A DNA stretch of 64,000 nt from Acidimicrobiales bacterium (GTDB lineage: Bacteria > Actinomycetota > Acidimicrobiia > Acidimicrobiales > AC-14), in NCBI GenBank assembly GCA_038238185.1, contig JBBRXY010000009.1, forward strand, positions 1,385 through 65,384, in the 5' to 3' direction. The notes beneath the pieces are model-generated. The model was not told the origin of the DNA, did no database searches, and worked only from the letters and a program-made list of their open reading frames with translations. A program made the translations under genes and the position numbers. This document shows, piece by piece, positions 8,297-20,672 of the stretch (within the stretch, counting starts at the first letter, position 1; each line of letters begins with the position of its first letter).

Positions 8297-11017
8297 TCAG
8301 GATTTCTTGGCGCCCTTGGTGGCCGTGCGTGCGGGTGCCCGTTTCTTGGCGGCCTTGCCCGTCTTGGCGGCCTTGCCGGTCTTGGCGGACTTCCTGGCCT
8401 TCTTGGCCTTGGGCGGGGCCGGGCCCTTGTCGCGGCGGTCCTGGAGCAGCTCGGTCGCCCGTTCGAGGGTGATGGTCTCGATGGCGTCGCCCACCCGCAG
8501 TGAGGCGTTGGTGGTGCCGTCGGTGACATACGGCCCGAAGCGACCCTCGCGGAGGGTGATCGGAGCCTCCGACGCCGGGTCGTTGCCCAGCTCCTTCAAC
8601 GGTCCCTTGGCCGCCGCCCCCCGACCTCGCTTGGGCTGGGCCAGCACGGTGAGGGCCTCGTCGAGCGTGAGGCTGAACAGGCCCTCGTCGGACTCCAGGC
8701 TGCGGCTCTCCGAACCCTTCTTCACATACGGGCCGTACCGGCCGTTCTGGACGGTGATCTCCACGCCGTCGGCAGGGTCGGCGCCGACGACCCGGGGCAG
8801 GCTCAGGAGGCGCATGGCGTCGTGGAGGGTGATCGTCTCCATCGACATCGCCGAGAGGAGCGACGCGGTGCGGGGCTTGTCCTTGGAGCCGGCCTCGGCT
8901 GCGCCGAGCTGCACGTACGGGCCGTACCTGCCGGCCCGGGCCAGCACGGTCAGGCCGCTGGCGGGATCGTCGCCCAGTTCCCGCTCCTCGTTGGTGGACG
9001 ACAGCAGGATCTCGGCCCGCTCGACGGTGAGCTCGTCGGGCGCCAGATCGTCGGGCACGGTGGCCTTGTCGTCGCCCCGTTGGACGTACGGACCGAACTT
9101 GCCCACCCGGGCGATGATCTCGCGACCCTCGGCGTCGCGGCCGATTGGGATGGAGTTCACGGCCTTGGCGTCGATGGCCTCGAGTCGCTCACCGACCATG
9201 GTCTTGAGCCCGGCCTGGCCGTTGCCGAAGTAGAAGCGTGAAAGCCAGGGGATGGCTTCCTTCTGCCCGGACGCAATGCCGTCGAGGTCGTCCTCCATGC
9301 GGGCGGTGAACGCGTAATCGACCAGATCGGCGAAGTGGAGCTCGAGCAGGCCGATCACCGCGAAGGCGGTGAAGGAGGGCACCAGGGCCGAGCCCTTCTT
9401 CCACACGTAGCCGCGATCCTGGATGGTGGCGATGATCGAGGCGTAGGTGGACGGTCGACCGACCCCCATCTCCTCCAGGGCCTTGACGAGCGATGCCTCG
9501 GTGAACCGGGCCGGGGGTTGGGTGGTGTGGTCCTTGACCTCGAGGCCGCCGAGATCGAGCCCGTCACCGGGACCCAGCGCGGGGAGGCGGACTTCCCGGT
9601 CTTCCAGGTCGCCCTGGGGGTCGTCGGACCCCTCGACGTAGGCCCGGAGGAAGCCGGCGAACTCGATGACCTTGCCGGACGCCGAGAACTCGGTGTCCTC
9701 GCCTCCGGGGCCGGCTGCGTGCCCGAGCGCCGTGGCAGTGGCGCCCAGGCGTACCTGCATGCTTCGACCGCGGGCGTCGGCCATCTGCGAGGCGACCGTG
9801 CGCTTCCAGATGAGGTCGTAGAGGGCCCGCTCGTCGGCCCCGAGCTCGGACGACACCTGGTCGGGGGTGCGGAACGTGTCGCCCGCAGGACGGATGGCCT
9901 CGTGGGCCTCCTGGGCGTTCTTCACCTTCTTCTCGTACCGGCGCGGCGCATCGGGCACGTACTCGGGGCCGTACAGCTTGGTGGCCTGGGCCCGGGCGGC
10001 GGCCACCGCCGATTCCGACAGGGAGGTGCTGTCGGTACGCATGTAGGTGATGTAGCCGTTCTCGTAGAGCCGCTGGGCCACGCCCATCGCCCGCTTGGAG
10101 GTGAACCGCAGCTTGCGCCCGGCCTCCTGCTGGAGGGTCGACGTCATGAAGGGGGCATAGGGGGAGCGTCGGTATGGCTTCTCCTCCACCGAGCGCACCG
10201 CGAAGCTGGCGTCGGCCAGGCCCCGGGCCAGATCCTCGGCCCGGGCGTGGTCGAGCACGACGACTTTGGCATCGTCGGCCAACGTGCCCGTGTCGCCGAA
10301 GTCGCGCCCGGTGGCCAGGCGGGTGCCGTCGACGGCCACGAGGGTGGCGCCGAACGGGATGGAGCCGGCGCCGGGCTTGGCGAAGGTGCCCTCCAGCCCG
10401 GAGTACGAGCCGGCCCGGAACCGCATGCGGGCCCGTTCCCGTTCGACGAGGATGCGAGTGGCGACGCTCTGCACCCGGCCCGCCGACAGCTTGGGCAGCA
10501 CCTTCTTCCACAGCACCGGGGAGACCTCGTAGCCGTAGAGGCGGTCGAGGATGCGGCGGGCCTCCTGGGCGTCGACCAGGCGGCGGTCGAGGTCGCGGGT
10601 GTTCTGGACCGCGTCCCGGATGGCGGCGGCGGTTATCTCGTGGAAGACCATGCGTTTCACGGGTATCCCGGCCCGTGGCGAAAGGACTTCGAGCAGATGC
10701 CAGGCGATGGACTCGCCTTCGCGATCCTCGTCGGTGGCGAGATAGAGCTCGTCGGCCTGCTTGAGGAGTGCCTTCAGCTTGGTGACCACGTGCTTCTTTT
10801 CGCTGGCCACGACGTAGAGCGGCTTGAAGCCGTTGTCGGTATCGACGCCGAGCCGGGCCCAGGGCTCGCCCTTGTAGGCGGCGGGCACGTCAGCCGCCCC
10901 GCGGGGGAGATCGCGGATGTGACCGATGGACGATTCAACGACGAAGTCGGCGCCGAGAAAGCGCGCGATGGTGCGGGCTTTGGCGGGGGACTCCACGATC
11001 ACGAGGGGTTTGGCCAC
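8297..11017 (-). CDS. topA: DNA topoisomerase I
   Basis: TOPRIM N-terminus (LVIVESPAKARTIARFLG), active-site region (ITYMRTDS), repeated C-terminal GRFGPYV/GRYGPYV motifs and a Lys-rich tail (KTGKAAKTGKAAKK). Confidence 0.97.
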   Translation of the reverse strand: MAKPLVIVESPAKARTIARFLGADFVVESSIGHIRDLPRGAADVPAAYKGEPWARLGVDTDNGFKPLYVVASEKKHVVTKLKALLKQADELYLATDEDREGESIAWHLLEVLSPRAGIPVKRMVFHEITAAAIRDAVQNTRDLDRRLVDAQEARRILDRLYGYEVSPVLWKKVLPKLSAGRVQSVATRILVERERARMRFRAGSYSGLEGTFAKPGAGSIPFGATLVAVDGTRLATGRDFGDTGTLADDAKVVVLDHARAEDLARGLADASFAVRSVEEKPYRRSPYAPFMTSTLQQEAGRKLRFTSKRAMGVAQRLYENGYITYMRTDSTSLSESAVAAARAQATKLYGPEYVPDAPRRYEKKVKNAQEAHEAIRPAGDTFRTPDQVSSELGADERALYDLIWKRTVASQMADARGRSMQVRLGATATALGHAAGPGGEDTEFSASGKVIEFAGFLRAYVEGSDDPQGDLEDREVRLPALGPGDGLDLGGLEVKDHTTQPPARFTEASLVKALEEMGVGRPSTYASIIATIQDRGYVWKKGSALVPSFTAFAVIGLLELHFADLVDYAFTARMEDDLDGIASGQKEAIPWLSRFYFGNGQAGLKTMVGERLEAIDAKAVNSIPIGRDAEGREIIARVGKFGPYVQRGDDKATVPDDLAPDELTVERAEILLSSTNEERELGDDPASGLTVLARAGRYGPYVQLGAAEAGSKDKPRTASLLSAMSMETITLHDAMRLLSLPRVVGADPADGVEITVQNGRYGPYVKKGSESRSLESDEGLFSLTLDEALTVLAQPKRGRGAAAKGPLKELGNDPASEAPITLREGRFGPYVTDGTTNASLRVGDAIETITLERATELLQDRRDKGPAPPKAKKARKSAKTGKAAKTGKAAKKRAPARTATKGAKKS

Positions 11018-11081
11018 GAGTCGAGAGGTTTCCCAGGTTGGGGCGCGATGTCAAACGCAGCCCTGTCGCTACCCTACGCGC

Positions 11082-11711
11082 GTGGACCCGAAGGATCTGA
11101 TCGAGGCTTTCGGGACCGTCGGGATCCTGGCCGTCGTCTTCGCCGAGTCGGGCCTGCTGGCCGGCTTTTTCCTTCCGGGCGATTCCCTGCTGTTCACGGC
11201 TGGCCTGCTGGCGTCCCAGGGCAACCTCGACCTGGCCGTTCTTCTCGTCGGTTGCCCGGCGGCGGCCGTGGCCGGCGACCAGGTTGGCTTCTGGTTCGGC
11301 CGGCGGGTGGGCCCGTCGCTGTTCCGCCGGCCCGACGCCCGTTTCTTCCGCCAACGCAACCTCGAGCTGGCCCACGACTACTTCACCCGCCACGGTCCCA
11401 GGACGGTCGTACTCGCCCGGTTCATCCCCATCGTGCGGACGTTCACCCCGGTGGTGGCGGGGGTGGCGGGGATGCCCTGGCGCACCTTCGTCGTGTTCAA
11501 CGTGGTCGGCGGGGTGGTGTGGGGAGCGGGCGCGGTGTTGGCCGGTTGGGGGCTCGGCCAGGTGGGCGGGGGCCAGACGTGGCTCTACCCCGTCACCGCG
11601 CTGATCTTCGGAATCTCGTTCCTGCCGGTGATCGTCGAGTTCGTCCGGCTACGACGAAGTGGCCAGGCGGACGGCGTCGTCGAAGCTCATGGGATCGAAG
11701 GGGATCAGTGA
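11082..11711 (+). CDS. DedA-family (SNARE-associated) membrane protein
   Basis: FAESGLLAGFFLPGDSLLFTAG...GDQVGFWFGRRVG...HGPRTVVLARFIPIVRTFTPVVAG. Start set at the GTG at 11082. Its 3' end overlaps the convergent gene by 63 nt. Confidence 0.85.
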   Translation: MDPKDLIEAFGTVGILAVVFAESGLLAGFFLPGDSLLFTAGLLASQGNLDLAVLLVGCPAAAVAGDQVGFWFGRRVGPSLFRRPDARFFRQRNLELAHDYFTRHGPRTVVLARFIPIVRTFTPVVAGVAGMPWRTFVVFNVVGGVVWGAGAVLAGWGLGQVGGGQTWLYPVTALIFGISFLPVIVEFVRLRRSGQADGVVEAHGIEGDQ

Positions 11712-12524
11712 CCGGATGCGGTCGTCGCCCACCACGACCTCGACCGACAGACCTTCGGCCAGCGGTCGGGCGATCGAAGCGGGCTGGTCTGTGACCAGGC
11801 CGATCCAGTGAGACGACAGCGTGGGCGAGAGCACGGGCACCTTCAGGATGAAGCGCCTCCGCCCGGTGAGCTGGGCGTAGCGCCGCATCATCTGCTCGTA
11901 GGTGAGGACCTCGGAGCCGCCCACGCCGTAGCTCCCGGCGGGTATGTCGAGCGCGCCCACGAGATAGTGGACGACGTCGGCCAAAGCGATGGGCTGGCAT
12001 CTGGTTGTGACCCAGCGCGGGCAGACCATCACCGGCAGGCGGTCGACGAGCTGGCGCATGATCTCGAAACTGGTGCTGCCGGCGCCAATGACGATGGCCG
12101 CCCTGAGCTCCACGGTGTCGGCGCCGTCTCGGAGGATGCGCCCCACCTCCTGGCGCGAGCTCAGATGGGCCGACGGGTTGTCGTCGTTGCCCAGCGCCCC
12201 GAGGTAGACGACCCGTTGCCCGCCCCTTTTGGCCGCCTCGGCGAACGCAATAGCGGCCCGACGGTCGACGTTGACGAACCCGCCACCCTGCTCAGCCGGC
12301 CCTGCGGATTCCATCGAGTGCACGAGGTAGTACGCGCCCCGGCACCCGTCGAGGGCGGCCTCGATCGTGGCGGGATCCGCGGTGTCGAACAGCACGGGTT
12401 CCCCCTCGCCGTGGTAGCGCTGGGGACGCCGGGTCCCGGCCCGCACCTCGTGGCCTGCCTCAACGAGGGCGGTCACGAGATGTTTCCCAACGAAACCGGT
12501 CGCACCGGTGACAAGGATCCTCAC
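11649..12524 (-). CDS. NAD(P)H-binding NmrA/SDR-like oxidoreductase
   Basis: Rossmann N-terminus MRILVTGATGFVGKHLVTALVEAGHEV, with a DUF2867-like C-terminal half. Confidence 0.8.
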   Translation of the reverse strand: MRILVTGATGFVGKHLVTALVEAGHEVRAGTRRPQRYHGEGEPVLFDTADPATIEAALDGCRGAYYLVHSMESAGPAEQGGGFVNVDRRAAIAFAEAAKRGGQRVVYLGALGNDDNPSAHLSSRQEVGRILRDGADTVELRAAIVIGAGSTSFEIMRQLVDRLPVMVCPRWVTTRCQPIALADVVHYLVGALDIPAGSYGVGGSEVLTYEQMMRRYAQLTGRRRFILKVPVLSPTLSSHWIGLVTDQPASIARPLAEGLSVEVVVGDDRIRSLIPFDPMSFDDAVRLATSS

Positions 12525-12583
12525 CGCGCCACCCCTACCACTTTCGCCCTGATCTCACCCCTACCTGTCGTCGGCGGATCATC

Positions 12584-13186
12584 GTGAGCGAAATCGTGGT
12601 AATCGTTGTCGGGCTGGTGGTAGCCGGGTTGGCCTGGGCGTGGTTGTTCTCGGCCGGGCCGACCGAGTTCTGGAGCCGGGCGGCGGTGGCCGGGGTGGTC
12701 ATCGGCGTCTACGGGGCGGTGGCCGAGCGCCACCAGCTCCGGCACCTCCTGTGCCCTTCACTCCTCAACGTGGTCATCGGCGTGGCCGCCGCAGCCGTGC
12801 TCTACGGCGTCTTCTGGGTCGGCGACCGCCTGCTCACCAGGCTCCTCCCGGCCCAGGCCAAGGACATCGGCCGTCTCTATGCGATCCGGGGGACGGCTCG
12901 CCAGGTCCGCATGGTGGGTGTCCTCCTGGTGGTCGGCCCCTGCGAGGAGATCTTCTGGCGGGGGTTCGTGCAGCACCGGGCCGGCGTGGTCGTCGCCCTC
13001 GCCGCCTATGCCGCTGTGCATCTCTGGGAGCGCAAGGCGGTGCTGGTGCTGGCCGCGGTCGTCGGGGGGGCGTTCTGGGGAGCGCTCTTCGCGTGGACGA
13101 CGACCCTGGTGGCGCCGATGATCTGTCACGCTCTGTGGGACCTGGCCGTGGTCGTCTGGTTCCCGTTCCGTCCCCCCGAGGAGTGA
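12584..13186 (+). CDS. CPBP-family intramembrane glutamic endopeptidase (CAAX protease-like)
   Basis: Motifs EEIFWRGF, AAYAAVH and HALWD in a polytopic membrane protein. GTG start. Confidence 0.8.
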   Translation: MSEIVVIVVGLVVAGLAWAWLFSAGPTEFWSRAAVAGVVIGVYGAVAERHQLRHLLCPSLLNVVIGVAAAAVLYGVFWVGDRLLTRLLPAQAKDIGRLYAIRGTARQVRMVGVLLVVGPCEEIFWRGFVQHRAGVVVALAAYAAVHLWERKAVLVLAAVVGGAFWGALFAWTTTLVAPMICHALWDLAVVVWFPFRPPEE

Positions 13187-13225
13187 CCCAGAGACCGTCG
13201 GTCAGTGGCCGGTCGGAAGGTCGGG

Positions 13226-15564
<2,339 letters not shown>

Positions 15565-15568
<4 letters not shown>

Positions 15569-16308
15569 GCGGACTGCTCCTCTCTGGATCCCGGGGACCG
15601 CTGGCTCGCGGGCGGCGTGGCCGCCCGGGCCGGCGGGGTGGTCCCCCGGAACTGTGGTTTGACGAAGATCTGTCGGGCGACGCGGTCGCCCACGGTGCGG
15701 TCGGTGTCGTCGACGCGGACGACCATGGGGCCGTCGAAGGGATGCTTCTCCCGGACCTCGACGACCACGTCGGGGCGCAGGCCGAGCGTCTCCAGGAACG
15801 CCACCAGGCCCGGGTCGATCGATCCGGGAAGGGCGACGACGGCGACATCGCCGGGCTCGAGGTCGTAGAGGTGGCCCATGGCGGGGATGTCGTGTCCCTC
15901 GGCCTCGGGGATGGGAAAGCCGTGGGGGCAGGAGGTGGGCCGGTCGAGGGCCACGAAGAGGCGGTCTTCGACCTCGCCCGGCAGGTCGTGCTCGAAGGTG
16001 CCGGCCAGGCGGTCGGCCTCGTTCCAGGGGTAGCCGAGCATGTCGGACAGGAAGCGCTCGACGATGCGGTGGCGACGTATGGCCGCTACGGAGACGGCTC
16101 GGCCTGCCTCGGTGAGCTCGACGCCCCGGTAGAGCTTGTGGTCGAGCAGGCCGCGCTCGGCCAGACGCTTGACGATGGCCGTGGCCGTGCCCGGGGAGAC
16201 GCCCAACGCCTCAGCCAGGGCGCCGGTGTGGGCGTCCTTGCCGTCACGCGACAAGCGGTACAGAGACTTAAGCGCTTCGCGCTCGGACTTCGCGAGGGGG
16301 GTATCCAT
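15565..16308 (-). CDS. DtxR/IdeR/MntR-family metal-dependent transcriptional regulator with a C-terminal SH3/FeoA-like domain
   Basis: HTH (LAEALGVSPGTATAIVKRLAERGLL), metal-binding helix region (RRHRIVERFLSDMLGYPWNEADRLAGTFEHDL) and CPHGFPIP. Its stop overlaps the hppA ATG (ATGA). An alternative upstream start is at 16365. Confidence 0.85.
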
Positions 16309-16470
16309 GGCTTGGGTGACGGCAAACCTAGATTTTGGGAAGCCAAAGGTCAAGGGCCTTCGCACCGGAGCCCGTCAGTGCGGTAAGCCTGTGTCCTCCA
16401 CTTCGGTGGGTGGTGTGCCGGGAAGCCTGGTCGGCGAATCGTCTGTACGCGCTCGTCAGGAGGCCGACCG

Positions 16471-17787
16471 ATGACCAGTGACCGCTCCTCATCGGGTGCG
16501 GCCGGTGCCATGCCCGGGCGCCGCCTGCCCCGCCCGCTGAGGGAGTTCCTCGGCACCGAGGCGTCGGGAGGGATCGTGCTGGTGGTTGCGGCCCTGGTGG
16601 CGCTGGTCTGGGCCAACTCGCCGTGGAGCGCCTCCTACCGGACGCTGTGGAGCACACAGCTGTCCATCGATCTCGGTGGCCACGTGCTCGTCGAGGACCT
16701 GCAGCACTGGGTCAACGACGGCCTCATGGCGGTGTTCTTCTTCGTCGTCGGCCTGGAGATCAAGCGCGAGCTGGTGCAGGGCGACCTGCGCGACCCCCGG
16801 GCGGCGGCCTTGCCCGCCATCGCCGCCCTCGGGGGCATGGTCGTGCCGGCCGTGCTGTTCCTGGCCGTGACCGCCGGGTCGGCCGGGTCTCGCGGGTGGG
16901 GGATCCCGATGGCCACCGACATCGCCTTCGCCGTCGGGGTGGTCGCCCTCGCCGGCGACCGGGTGCCGCCGTCGCTGAAGCTGTTCCTGCTCACGCTGGC
17001 CATCGTCGACGACATCGGCGCCATCGTGGTGATCGCCGTGTTCTACACCGGCGAGGTCCAGCTCGTATACCTCGCCGCCGCTGTGGCGCTGCTGGTATTG
17101 ATGATCGGGTTGCGGCGAGCCGGCGTGGTCTGGACGGCCCCGTTTGTCGTGCTGGGCGTCGCCGTCTGGCTGGCGACTCAGGCCTCCGGCGTGCATGCCA
17201 CGATCGCCGGTGTGGCGCTCGGCCTGCTGACGCCGGCGAGGGCTCTCACCCCGGCGGCCGTCGCCCGGGTCTGGGCCGCCGATCTCAGTGACGAGCCCAG
17301 CCCGGGCGACCTCGACGACATGACACGGCTGGCGCGGACCTCGGTCTCACCAGCGGAGCGCCTGGAGCACCGCCTGCATCCCTGGACCAGCTTCGGGGTG
17401 GTGCCGCTGTTTGCCCTGGCCAACGCCGGCGTCGCCATTCGGGCCAGCGCCTTCGACTCGCACGGCACGGCTGAGGTGGCGGCCGGCGTTGTCGTGGGCC
17501 TGGTGGCGGGAAAGACCATCGGGATCACAGCGGCGTCGTGGCTGGCCGTGCGCAGCGGGCTCGGCCGTCTTCCCGACGACGCCACGTGGCCCATGGTCAT
17601 GGCAGTCGCGGCGGTGAGCGGCATCGGCTTCACCGTGTCGCTGTTCATCGCCGAGCTCGCTTTCGAGCCCGGATCCGTTCAGGATGCAGCCAAGATCGGG
17701 ATTCTAAGTGCCTCGACGCTCGCTGCGGTGGTCGGCGCATGTGCCCTTGTCGTGGCCTGTCGATCCGGCGGGCGCCGCCAGGCGTGA
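16471..17787 (+). CDS. nhaA: Na+/H+ antiporter NhaA
   Basis: FFFVVGLEIKRELVQGDL, GIPMATDIAFAVGVVAL and LLTLAIVDDIGAIVVIAVFYT match the NhaA signature helices IV, V and XI. Confidence 0.95.
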   Translation: MTSDRSSSGAAGAMPGRRLPRPLREFLGTEASGGIVLVVAALVALVWANSPWSASYRTLWSTQLSIDLGGHVLVEDLQHWVNDGLMAVFFFVVGLEIKRELVQGDLRDPRAAALPAIAALGGMVVPAVLFLAVTAGSAGSRGWGIPMATDIAFAVGVVALAGDRVPPSLKLFLLTLAIVDDIGAIVVIAVFYTGEVQLVYLAAAVALLVLMIGLRRAGVVWTAPFVVLGVAVWLATQASGVHATIAGVALGLLTPARALTPAAVARVWAADLSDEPSPGDLDDMTRLARTSVSPAERLEHRLHPWTSFGVVPLFALANAGVAIRASAFDSHGTAEVAAGVVVGLVAGKTIGITAASWLAVRSGLGRLPDDATWPMVMAVAAVSGIGFTVSLFIAELAFEPGSVQDAAKIGILSASTLAAVVGACALVVACRSGGRRQA

Positions 17788-17794
17788 GTGTCGC

Positions 17795-18184
<390 letters not shown>

Positions 18185-19795
18185 TTACACCGGAGCTTCC
18201 TCGGCCGCATCCTCTTCGTCATCGACGGGTCTCGGCGAAAACCCGCTGCTGGACCGACCGGCGGGTGAGGAGTAGCTCATTCCCTGGCCGAACTCCATGT
18301 GGTAGGCGGGCGAGCCATGCTCGTGGATGTCGAGGCCCTCGAGCTCTCCGTCGGCGGAGACCCGCAGGCTCCACGGGCCCTTGATCGACTTGATGACGTA
18401 CATGACGAGCATGGCCACGCCGAACACGACCACGACACACGTGGCACTCCCGATGACCTGCGCCTTGAGCTGGTCGGCACCGCCGCCGTAGAGGAGTCCC
18501 GTCACGACCTTGGACGTGTCGGCACCGTCGGCGGTCGGGAGGCCGTACTGCCCGCTGGCAAAGAGGCCGAGGGCGATGGTGCCCCAGATCCCGCAGAAGC
18601 CGTGCACGGCCACCGCTCCGATCGGGTCGTCCCAGCGCCGGTACTCCATGAAGTCGATCCCCAGTGGGACCACAACTCCGGCGGCGGCGCCGATGACCAG
18701 CGCCCCAAAGGGGGAGACCCAGTAGCAGGGTGCGGTGATGGCGACCAACCCACCGAGGAGGCCGTTGGTCGACATGCCCAGGTCCCACTTCTTCGAGCGG
18801 GGGTAGACCCAGAAGACCGCCATCATCCCCGCCGAACAGGCGGCGAGCGTGGTGTTGGCCGCCACTCGGCCGATTCCCTCCCAGTCCATCGCCGACAGCG
18901 TCGAACCGGGGTTGAAGCCATACCAACCGAACCACAGGATGACGCCGCCGAGTGCCCCGATCGTCAGGCTGTGCGGTGGGGTGGAGCCGCCGCCGTCACG
19001 CCTGAACCTACGGCCCAGTCGCGGCCCCAGGGTGATGCAGCCGGCCAGAGCGATGAACCCGCCGACGGTGTGCACCACAGTTGAGCCGGCGAAGTCACGG
19101 AACACTGCGTCACCGGTGAGGCCGTGGAACCATCCCATCGTGTTGCCCAGCCACCCGCCCGGCCCCCACACCCAGTGGCCGAAGATCGGATAGATGAACC
19201 CGGACACGCAGATGCTGTAGAGAATGTCGCCCTTGAACCCGGTGCGTCCCACCATTGCCCCGGAGGTGATCGTCGACGCCGTGTCGGCGAAGGCGAATTG
19301 GAAGAGGAAGAAGGCGAGGAAGGCCACTCCGGTCGACCCGTACGCTGGCGTGATGTCGTTCAGGAAGAAGAACTCGTGACCGATCAGGCCGTTGCCTATT
19401 CCGAACTGGAAGGCGAAACCGATCGCCCAGTAGAGGACCCCGCAGAGGCAGGTGTCGAACACGCACTCCATCAGGATGTTCACCGTTTCGCGCGACCTGG
19501 AGAAGCCGGCTTCGAGAGCCATGAAGCCGGCCTGCATGAAGAACACGAGGAAGGCGGTCACGAGCACCCACACCGTGTTGATGGGGCTCACGAAGTCGTT
19601 CGCCTGGTGGAGGGGCGGCGCCACGGGCAGGGCGAAGGCCGCCGAGTCGAAGAACCAGCCGAACCCCTTCACGAGGCCGAGGAGGCTGACGATCCCGAGC
19701 ATCTTTCCGCTCAGGATCACCAGGATCAGGTGCCGGGTTTCCTTGGCCTTCAGTCGGTCCAGGTGCCTCAGCCGCTCGAGTCGTGGTCGCCTCAT
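18185..19795 (-). CDS. amt: Ammonium transporter (Amt) with an acidic C-terminal extension
   Basis: FLVFFMQAGFMALEAGF, AGSTVVHTVGGFIALAG and AVHGFCGIWGTIALGLF. The start is uncertain (19795 or the ATG at about 19702). Confidence 0.95.
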   Translation of the reverse strand: MRRPRLERLRHLDRLKAKETRHLILVILSGKMLGIVSLLGLVKGFGWFFDSAAFALPVAPPLHQANDFVSPINTVWVLVTAFLVFFMQAGFMALEAGFSRSRETVNILMECVFDTCLCGVLYWAIGFAFQFGIGNGLIGHEFFFLNDITPAYGSTGVAFLAFFLFQFAFADTASTITSGAMVGRTGFKGDILYSICVSGFIYPIFGHWVWGPGGWLGNTMGWFHGLTGDAVFRDFAGSTVVHTVGGFIALAGCITLGPRLGRRFRRDGGGSTPPHSLTIGALGGVILWFGWYGFNPGSTLSAMDWEGIGRVAANTTLAACSAGMMAVFWVYPRSKKWDLGMSTNGLLGGLVAITAPCYWVSPFGALVIGAAAGVVVPLGIDFMEYRRWDDPIGAVAVHGFCGIWGTIALGLFASGQYGLPTADGADTSKVVTGLLYGGGADQLKAQVIGSATCVVVVFGVAMLVMYVIKSIKGPWSLRVSADGELEGLDIHEHGSPAYHMEFGQGMSYSSPAGRSSSGFSPRPVDDEEDAAEEAPV

Positions 19796-19872
19796 GGGTC
19801 GAACGTAAACGGCTTCTGTTTCCCGGGGATCAGCGGAATGTGAATGGAAGTTGTCGTTTCGTTCGGGCGTCC

Positions 19873-20571
19873 CTAGGTCGGCGCGGGAGAGAGGGATGAG
19901 TCGTCATGTGTCGCGCCTCCGGCTCGTGCGGCGGCGTCGGCCTCGGCGGCGCGTGTCACCCGCTGAGCCTGGTCGACCACCAGGTCGGCGGGGCGTCGGC
20001 GTTCCAGCCAGGGATTGTCGGAGACGAACCACAGGGCGATCTCCCACGGCGGCCAGGCAGCCAGCACCGCCAGCACCGGAGCCATTCCCGGAAGCGGCCG
20101 TCCGGCGCCGTCGAACTGAAAGCCGAGGTAGAGCTCCCGATTGTCGTAGGGGACGGCGAAGATCCGCCGTTCCCGACGCCAGCGCGAAGCGAGGGCCGAT
20201 CGGTTGGCGGCTCTGGAGCCGGCCAGCTCGGACACGTCGTCGGCCGAGTACGCGCCGAAATCGCGCAGCAGGCGTAATCGGACCACGGCCTGGCGTCGGG
20301 CCTGTTCCAGAGCCGCCGGCGGTGGAACCTGGATCCGGGGGAGCAGGGACTCGACGAGCTCCCCGATGACCACCTCGTGGCCCTCGTTGATCGCCGCGAC
20401 CAGGCGGCCCACCGCCCGTCGCACGGCGGTACGGGTCTCGGCATCGGCTACGACGACGAAGGCGGCCGCTGCCCCGCTGACCTCCGGGCAACGGCGGGCG
20501 AGCACCCGCCGAGCCCGGTCGTCGAGATCGACCACTTCCACACGACCTTCACGACGGTGAGCGGTAGCCAC
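19873..20571 (-). CDS. Hypothetical protein with a C-terminal DUF2384/MbcA-ParS-antitoxin-like domain (orphan)
   Basis: The C-terminal half (YSADDVSELAG...RIFAVPYDNRELYLGFQFD...WEIALWFVSDNPWLERRRPADLV) resembles Xre-associated toxin-binding domains. No toxin gene is adjacent. Confidence 0.5.
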   Translation of the reverse strand: MATAHRREGRVEVVDLDDRARRVLARRCPEVSGAAAAFVVVADAETRTAVRRAVGRLVAAINEGHEVVIGELVESLLPRIQVPPPAALEQARRQAVVRLRLLRDFGAYSADDVSELAGSRAANRSALASRWRRERRIFAVPYDNRELYLGFQFDGAGRPLPGMAPVLAVLAAWPPWEIALWFVSDNPWLERRRPADLVVDQAQRVTRAAEADAAARAGGATHDDSSLSPAPT

Positions 20572-20672
20572 GGCCCCGCGGTCCTCCCTGTCGAGCGTGG
20601 CGTCGTCTCATATCGGCCACCGAGCGGTGGACGGGGCGGCCGGTGTCGGTTCCGACCGCTCCCGTCCGGGGT

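Noticed and set aside
9335-11794. Very long ORFs antisense to, or out of frame with, clearly identified genes. Examples: 9335..11794 (+), 13535..15868 (+), 30186..32966 (+), 40814..42595 (+), 42649..45459 (+), 51110..53596 (-), 36059..37885 (-), 40955..43060 upstream extension.
   Set aside because: Their products are Arg/Gly/Pro/Ala-rich low-complexity strings with no motifs. They lie opposite genes with unambiguous family signatures (topA, hppA, APC permease, tad genes, glnE). Such stop-free antisense frames are expected at about 70% GC.
16306-16335. IdeR/DtxR iron-box-like sequence (CTAGGTTTGCCGTCACCCAA on the minus strand) abutting the regulator's start codon.
   Set aside because: It has only partial identity to the TTAGGTTAGGCTAACCTAA consensus, needs a 1-nt spacing change, and its half-sites match each other at only 4 of 9 positions. 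This is too weak to call an operator.
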